A stretch of DNA of 20,000 bases from Pseudomonadota bacterium (GTDB taxonomy: Bacteria > Desulfobacterota > Desulfobacteria > Desulfobacterales > JBDRRP01): the NCBI GenBank assembly GCA_043825735.1, contig JBDRRP010000069.1, forward strand, positions 45,616 to 65,615. The letters run 5' to 3'. A program made the translations under genes and the position numbers. Shown piece by piece: positions 15,830-20,000 of this stretch (its first letter is position 1; each line of letters starts with the position of its first letter). The notes below the pieces were generated by a model that had not been told where the DNA came from, did not search any database, and saw only the letters and a list, made by a program, of their open reading frames with translations.

Positions 15830-17683
15830 TCAGTCAGGAGGATTGGGGAAGTATGATACGGAAAGCACTTGAGGACGGGTCGTTGTGTCTGTGATCAGGA
15901 AACCGAGATTGATGAGCGTACGCTTGTAGCCCGCGATAGTTGCTCTTGATGTCCCCAGCCAGTCAGATAGTTCAGTATCCCGGACCCGCAGTTTCCGCTT
16001 CCGTCTCTGCTGTCCGATGGCGATCCGAAGCCACAAGATGAGCGCCGGCCCCATCTGCTCGTAAATGCGATGCCTGATAAAGTTTCGAGGCAGTTTGAAA
16101 GTCTGGCCTTCTGATATCGCCCCTTGGCCGGCGGTGATACGTTCCATGATGTCTGCGACGGCCCTATCCAGCATCACCTTGTTGCCGTGGCCATAGGTGA
16201 GCAGAGGCAAAATTTCCCCGGCGCTGAAAACGACATCCGATGCCGGCGACGCCTTGGCAGGATTTGGCGCTTGTTGTTCGACACTGTCTGCATCACTTCC
16301 TGTGAATGGATCGAATCTGACGCTTCTCTTGCCCGGCTCTCCGCAGGTGATGAAGGAAACCCCTACCGCCTTATCCGTGCAGGCCTGGGCTTTATTCGCG
16401 CCGGCCAAAAGATGCTTCAATGAAAATCCGCTGATACAGCCCGCCACGTCCTTCAACTTGTCGTAAGGGTCTTGCCCCTCAACCATCCCGCCAAGGTAGA
16501 AAATCTGCCCATCTATGGCCTCTGCAGCAGACTGAATGGCTCTCTTACCGGCATTATCCCAATCGTAGGCCACGATGAAGTGCTGCGTCCCGAGTTCGGT
16601 AAGCAGACCCAGGTTTTGGGCTGACAGGTTCGTGCCCAAGGTGGAAACCACTACCGGCTTATCCTGGTCCTGGAGCAGATTATAAAAGGCGAAGTAATCG
16701 AAGATGCCCTCCACCAGTATCACCGTTCGGTAGTGCTGAATGTGCCTGGCGGCCTTGTCGATGCCGTAGAGCCAGCTTCGGGTGCTGATCCCCTTTTCAC
16801 CGGATTGAAGTTTGAGCCAGCGGACGCCCCGGTTATCGGTGCGCCTACCGATGATGCCTGCCACGCGACCGTTTATGTCGTGGATGGGAAAGGTTATTCG
16901 GCCGGCGAAAAAATCACCATAGTTGCGCGTGAACGGGTCCTTCCGACTGAAATCAATCTGCTGGCGATAGAACCCGTAGCCTTTTCCGCTGGGATCGTTG
17001 AGCAGTCGAAGCAGACCGGCACGATAGAAGGGCTGGAAGGTACAGAAGTCCTTATTAAACCTTGGCAGGAACGATTCAACAAGGGCTCTGCCTTGATACT
17101 GATCGTCGCTGTAAGGAGGAGCCCACCCGATGCGAAACGGGGCCACCATATCGATGTCCACGCCCCGACGTTCGAGATAGGCCACCACCTTTGGATACTT
17201 GTCTGCATCAGATAAGAGCAGGTTGGAGTAGAAGTCAGTACTCATTTCCAGGGCTTCGGCGACCACATCATCGATTTCAACCGGCTCTGCAAAACTGGCC
17301 GTGTCATCTGGCTCAGATTGGTCGCCGGGATCTGGCACGCTGGTACTGTCGCCGGCTGTGGGTTCATAGTCCTTGACGCCCAGGTAGTCAGCCCAAATCT
17401 CTTGCGCCTGCCCGAACCTGCACTTCTTCCGGAGCATGATCACGTCGTAGATGTCCCAATCGCCCCCGCAGGCGCCGAAACAGTGGAACCGGACTTCACC
17501 CTTGCCGTCGACATAGACCCGGAAACTATCCTGGCTGTCGTGGTGGAACGGGCAATAGGCCATGTATCGTTTGGTGCCGGACGGTTTGAAACGAACACCC
17601 AAGACGCCCTCGGCGAAATGGATCATCTGATCCAGATAGTCACTGGATTTGAGGCGGATGTGTTGGGGGATGTCAGATGTCAT
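15830..17683 (-). CDS. DnaG-like DNA primase (CHC2 Zn finger + TOPRIM) with C-terminal winged-HTH-like region
   Basis: CPFH...FHCFGAC; YLERRG, FAGRITFPI, GR; LVEGIFD, YDWDNAG, QDP; C-terminal ELSDWLGTSRATIAGYKRTLINLGFL. Confidence 0.92.
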   Translation of the reverse strand: MTSDIPQHIRLKSSDYLDQMIHFAEGVLGVRFKPSGTKRYMAYCPFHHDSQDSFRVYVDGKGEVRFHCFGACGGDWDIYDVIMLRKKCRFGQAQEIWADYLGVKDYEPTAGDSTSVPDPGDQSEPDDTASFAEPVEIDDVVAEALEMSTDFYSNLLLSDADKYPKVVAYLERRGVDIDMVAPFRIGWAPPYSDDQYQGRALVESFLPRFNKDFCTFQPFYRAGLLRLLNDPSGKGYGFYRQQIDFSRKDPFTRNYGDFFAGRITFPIHDINGRVAGIIGRRTDNRGVRWLKLQSGEKGISTRSWLYGIDKAARHIQHYRTVILVEGIFDYFAFYNLLQDQDKPVVVSTLGTNLSAQNLGLLTELGTQHFIVAYDWDNAGKRAIQSAAEAIDGQIFYLGGMVEGQDPYDKLKDVAGCISGFSLKHLLAGANKAQACTDKAVGVSFITCGEPGKRSVRFDPFTGSDADSVEQQAPNPAKASPASDVVFSAGEILPLLTYGHGNKVMLDRAVADIMERITAGQGAISEGQTFKLPRNFIRHRIYEQMGPALILWLRIAIGQQRRKRKLRVRDTELSDWLGTSRATIAGYKRTLINLGFLITDTTTRPQVLSVSYFPNPPD

Positions 17684-17691
17684 ATGAAAAC

Positions 17692-17711
17692 CTGTTAATT
17701 CAAATTAACAG
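17692..17711. promoter_or_regulatory. Palindromic operator-like site immediately upstream of the primase ATG
   Basis: CTGTTAATT-CA-AATTAACAG, 8 nt from the ATG at 17683; same TGTTAA-N6-TTAACA consensus as 2594-2611. Confidence 0.6.
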
Positions 17712-17807
17712 CGGTTTTTAGCATAGCCACTTTCTGGTCAACTGTGAAGGACGGGGCCACTGCTGACCCCGCCGCTCTCATATTCACGGCCGGCAGAAAC
17801 AGAAAAA

Positions 17808-17834
17808 CCACTTGCCGCCGGCGCGGACAAATGG
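17808..17834 (-). terminator. Terminator downstream of radC
   Basis: Minus strand CCATTTGTCCGC-loop-GCGGCAAGTGG followed by TTTTTCTGTTT; a second hairpin lies at about 17749-17773. Confidence 0.65.
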
Positions 17835-17863
17835 CCTCTTGTGAATCTTTGTGAATGTCTGGC

Positions 17864-18439
17864 TCAGCCTATCCGGTCATACATGCTCTTTATGATCCCT
17901 TGGTCCGCAAAACTGAAATACCGGTCATCGAACATGGACACGATGATATGCTCATGGATCGTAATACCGATGATGCTGGCCGCATGGATAAGCTGTTCCG
18001 TAATGGCCAGATCCTCCGGCGATGGTTGCACCTCGCCGGATGGGTGATTATGCGCGAGCAAAAGGGCACTGGCATTGGCCAGAATAGCGGGCTTCATGAC
18101 CTCGCGTGGACTGACCGGCGCGGAAGAGACGCCACCTGTTGAGACGATGTTCACGCCGATGATGGCGTTTTTCGTGTTCAGCATCAGCACGCAAAACTGC
18201 TCACGATCGGACTGGCCGTGGGTCTCGATGAGGTTTTTCACGATGGGCTGGGCCTGCTGGGAGTTGGCGAGTCGATCATTTGCAAAGGGCAGGCTGTTAT
18301 CTTTGACAAGGACCACGCGATAGGCGGGAATGAACCGGGATGGGTAGGATGTTTGGGCGGTTGCAATGGTCAGGGGAAGCTGTCGGTGGGCATAGGGCTT
18401 GGGTTTCAAAGGTTTGGGTTTCAATGGTTTGGCTTTCAC
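17864..18439 (-). CDS. radC: RadC-like JAB domain protein
   Basis: DREQFCVLMLNTKN, PREVMKPAI, AHNHPSGEVQPSPED and IHEHII motifs; GTG at 18439 lies 8 nt after GGAGG; short form typical of mobile elements. Confidence 0.92.
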   Translation of the reverse strand: MKAKPLKPKPLKPKPYAHRQLPLTIATAQTSYPSRFIPAYRVVLVKDNSLPFANDRLANSQQAQPIVKNLIETHGQSDREQFCVLMLNTKNAIIGVNIVSTGGVSSAPVSPREVMKPAILANASALLLAHNHPSGEVQPSPEDLAITEQLIHAASIIGITIHEHIIVSMFDDRYFSFADQGIIKSMYDRIG

Positions 18440-18578
18440 ATGGATCACCTCCTCTCGAATGGAATAGTGTATAGGGTTAGCGGGGAACCCGGGGGGCTAT
18501 AAAAAATAGAAACGGATCACTCCCTCCTCCCAGGTCAAAGGTGCCGGAGGCTATAAATTTGGCGGGCTGGAAATGTTC

Positions 18579-18668
18579 GACCACGACTGAGGAGGCTGAC
18601 GGGGGATGGCTGTCCGAGATATTGGTAGGGGCTGATAGGGGGCGATGACCACGACTGCAGGAAGCTGA
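18579..18668. repeat. Imperfect direct repeat pair upstream of radC
   Basis: GACCACGACTG-AGGAGGCTGA (18579-18599) and GACCACGACTGCAGGAAGCTGA (18647-18668). Confidence 0.7.
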
Positions 18669-18694
18669 ATACTTTTAGCGCTTTTAAAGTAACT

Positions 18695-18725
18695 GTTGAC
18701 AGGATCTCAGTGCTAGACGAAATTA
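18695..18725 (+). promoter_or_regulatory. Sigma70-like promoter motif ahead of cargo 3
   Basis: TTGACA (18696-18701), 17 nt, GAAATT (18719-18724), near the shift to AT-rich sequence. Confidence 0.5.
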
Positions 18726-19268
18726 AGAAGGATGGCAGCGGAATGGCTAAATCATTACCTTAACCGTTTGTAATCTTTAAATATAGTCGTGTTGGGCAAA
18801 TGTTCTTCGGCCTATCTAAACCGAAGCAGTCAATGGATCTCAACTGAAAAACCACTCGATGGAATAAATGGGGTCACAGATCATATTATCGGGGGCTGGT
18901 CTGCATTGATGACCTTCAGCGTATAAAACCGAGGCGGGCATAGGCTGGACGTGAACCTTCTGTGGCGGCCTCATTCGTGGGACCTCTCGAAAAACTGATT
19001 CGGAGACGTAAAGCTGCTGCAATAAGAGGAGCCTGCGTGGTATGATTGCAGTGAACTTTTTGAAATAACTCCCCTATCATAAACTTTTTTGAGAGAGTTT
19101 AATTAAATACCTCAGTACCCGAAAAATCTTGAATGTAAATCAACTGAGTTATGGTAGTGATCTTTGTTCTTTTTGGGGCAATAATGAGGCTCAATTGCTG
19201 ATACGTTAAAAAATGTAATCTACTGGGTCCTTATGGGTAATCATTTTTAAAAACTTCGAAGGATAGAT

Positions 19269-20000
19269 ATGAGATCAGTTTATATAGGTGACTTATTTAG
19301 TCCTTTTAGCGCAGATGAGTTTTATCATTGGGCAGAAAAAGACATACCAAATCTATTTAGCTTTGACATCATCTTAGCAATGATACCTCCTGATGATGAT
19401 CCAAACATAGATACCATATTAAACACATATATACCAGAAATCTTAATGGCAAATTCAGCCGGAACACATATAGTCTGGATTGTGGTTCCGTATTCAGGAA
19501 TAATTCTACTGAAAAAGATATTAAGTGGAAATATATTTAAACTTAGAGGTACAGATTTTGATCAACCAATTAATTTTGTAGATAACTTTTTTGCACCATA
19601 TTTCGAAACCAATAGAAGCTATTCTCACATTTTTGAAGCTATGAAGGGGTGGCGATCAGTCGCATATTCGCGCAAACCGACAATGTCGATTGCGGCACAT
19701 AAAAAAAGCCATAATAAAGGAGAACAGTTTGTCTTTCAATGTAACCAAAAAGATGCAGCAGACAATTCTTCTGTTTTGCAAATTGTACAGGCAAAATTTG
19801 ATAGAGAACACAACGCTAAGCCAATTGAAGAGTTTCTGAAACAATTTTTAAGGCCGATTATGCTTTTATTCTCTATTTTATTAATCATTTCTTCCGCTAG
19901 ATATATACAGCGCGCTGTAAATTTTAAATTGATAGGATTGCCACTATATAGAAGCCAGATAAACATAAACTACTCAAATATCGCTAACGCTGATTTGCTA
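19269..20000 (+). CDS. Hypothetical protein, partial (runs off the window)
   Basis: Hand translation from ATG at 19269 (after GAAGGA) gives 244 stop-free codons in AT-rich DNA: MRSVYIGDLFSPFSADEFYHWAEKDIPNLFSFDIILAMIPPDDDPNID...; not in the ORF track. Confidence 0.75.
   Translation, partial: MRSVYIGDLFSPFSADEFYHWAEKDIPNLFSFDIILAMIPPDDDPNIDTILNTYIPEILMANSAGTHIVWIVVPYSGIILLKKILSGNIFKLRGTDFDQPINFVDNFFAPYFETNRSYSHIFEAMKGWRSVAYSRKPTMSIAAHKKSHNKGEQFVFQCNQKDAADNSSVLQIVQAKFDREHNAKPIEEFLKQFLRPIMLLFSILLIISSARYIQRAVNFKLIGLPLYRSQININYSNIANADLL

Larger units (their letters stand above)
1124..18725. mobile_element. Interior of an integrative element, genomic island or prophage-like element with minus-strand backbone and plus-strand cargo; boundaries not determined
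   Basis: RadC, non-housekeeping DnaG-like primase, SSAP-like + Cas4-like nuclease pair, UvrD, DUF932, SLOG and many small ORFs are co-oriented and interrupted by oppositely oriented, more AT-rich cargo. No integrase or att site in the window. Confidence 0.75.

Noticed and set aside
18396..18436. 15-bp tandem repeat at the radC 5' end (KPLKP-KPLKP-KP)
   Set aside because: A short in-frame duplication in a probably disordered N-terminus, with no sign of function or phase variation.
1715..18502. Long plus-strand ORFs antisense to backbone genes (e.g. 1715-2242, 2732-3544, 6564-7244, 12873-13403, 14449-15063, 14885-15463, 16733-17215)
   Set aside because: Shadow ORFs of GC-rich genes that have clear motifs and SDs on the opposite strand.
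18730..19260. Coding potential between the third promoter motif and the 19269 ORF, including 18840-19022 (-)
   Set aside because: Only short frames without a convincing SD or motif.

Overview
The window looks like the interior of an integrative or phage-like mobile element. No integrase, att site, conjugation or virion gene is visible, and a deltaproteobacterial-type host is only my impression. A GC-rich backbone runs on the minus strand: RadC, a DnaG-like primase with a C-terminal wHTH, three small proteins, a putative single-strand annealing protein plus Cas4/RecB-like nuclease, UvrD, DUF932, a SLOG protein, small ORFs and a very acidic protein. Almost every backbone gene is preceded by a hairpin, U-tract and strong Shine-Dalgarno (SD) module. 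Plus-strand cargo occupies three places: two insertions within the backbone and one block upstream of radC. Each starts just after the same motif, gTTGACAG-N16-GARAYTA (3790, 8049, 18695). Cargo 1 is two PD-(D/E)XK nucleases. Cargo 2 is an AT-rich six-gene cassette: HTH-less ImmA/IrrE peptidase, 2-TM protein, BpsA/DUF43-like transferase with altered motifs (GDGD, NPPW), two unknown proteins that appear paralogous, and an archaeal-type adenylate kinase. It is the best candidate for an undescribed defence or nucleotide-modification system. Cargo 3 is an unknown ORF running off the right end. A PlaB-type phospholipase (THSTG motif) runs off the left end. Both edge ORFs are missing from the supplied track and were translated by hand. 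All family calls rest on motif recognition, not database searches.
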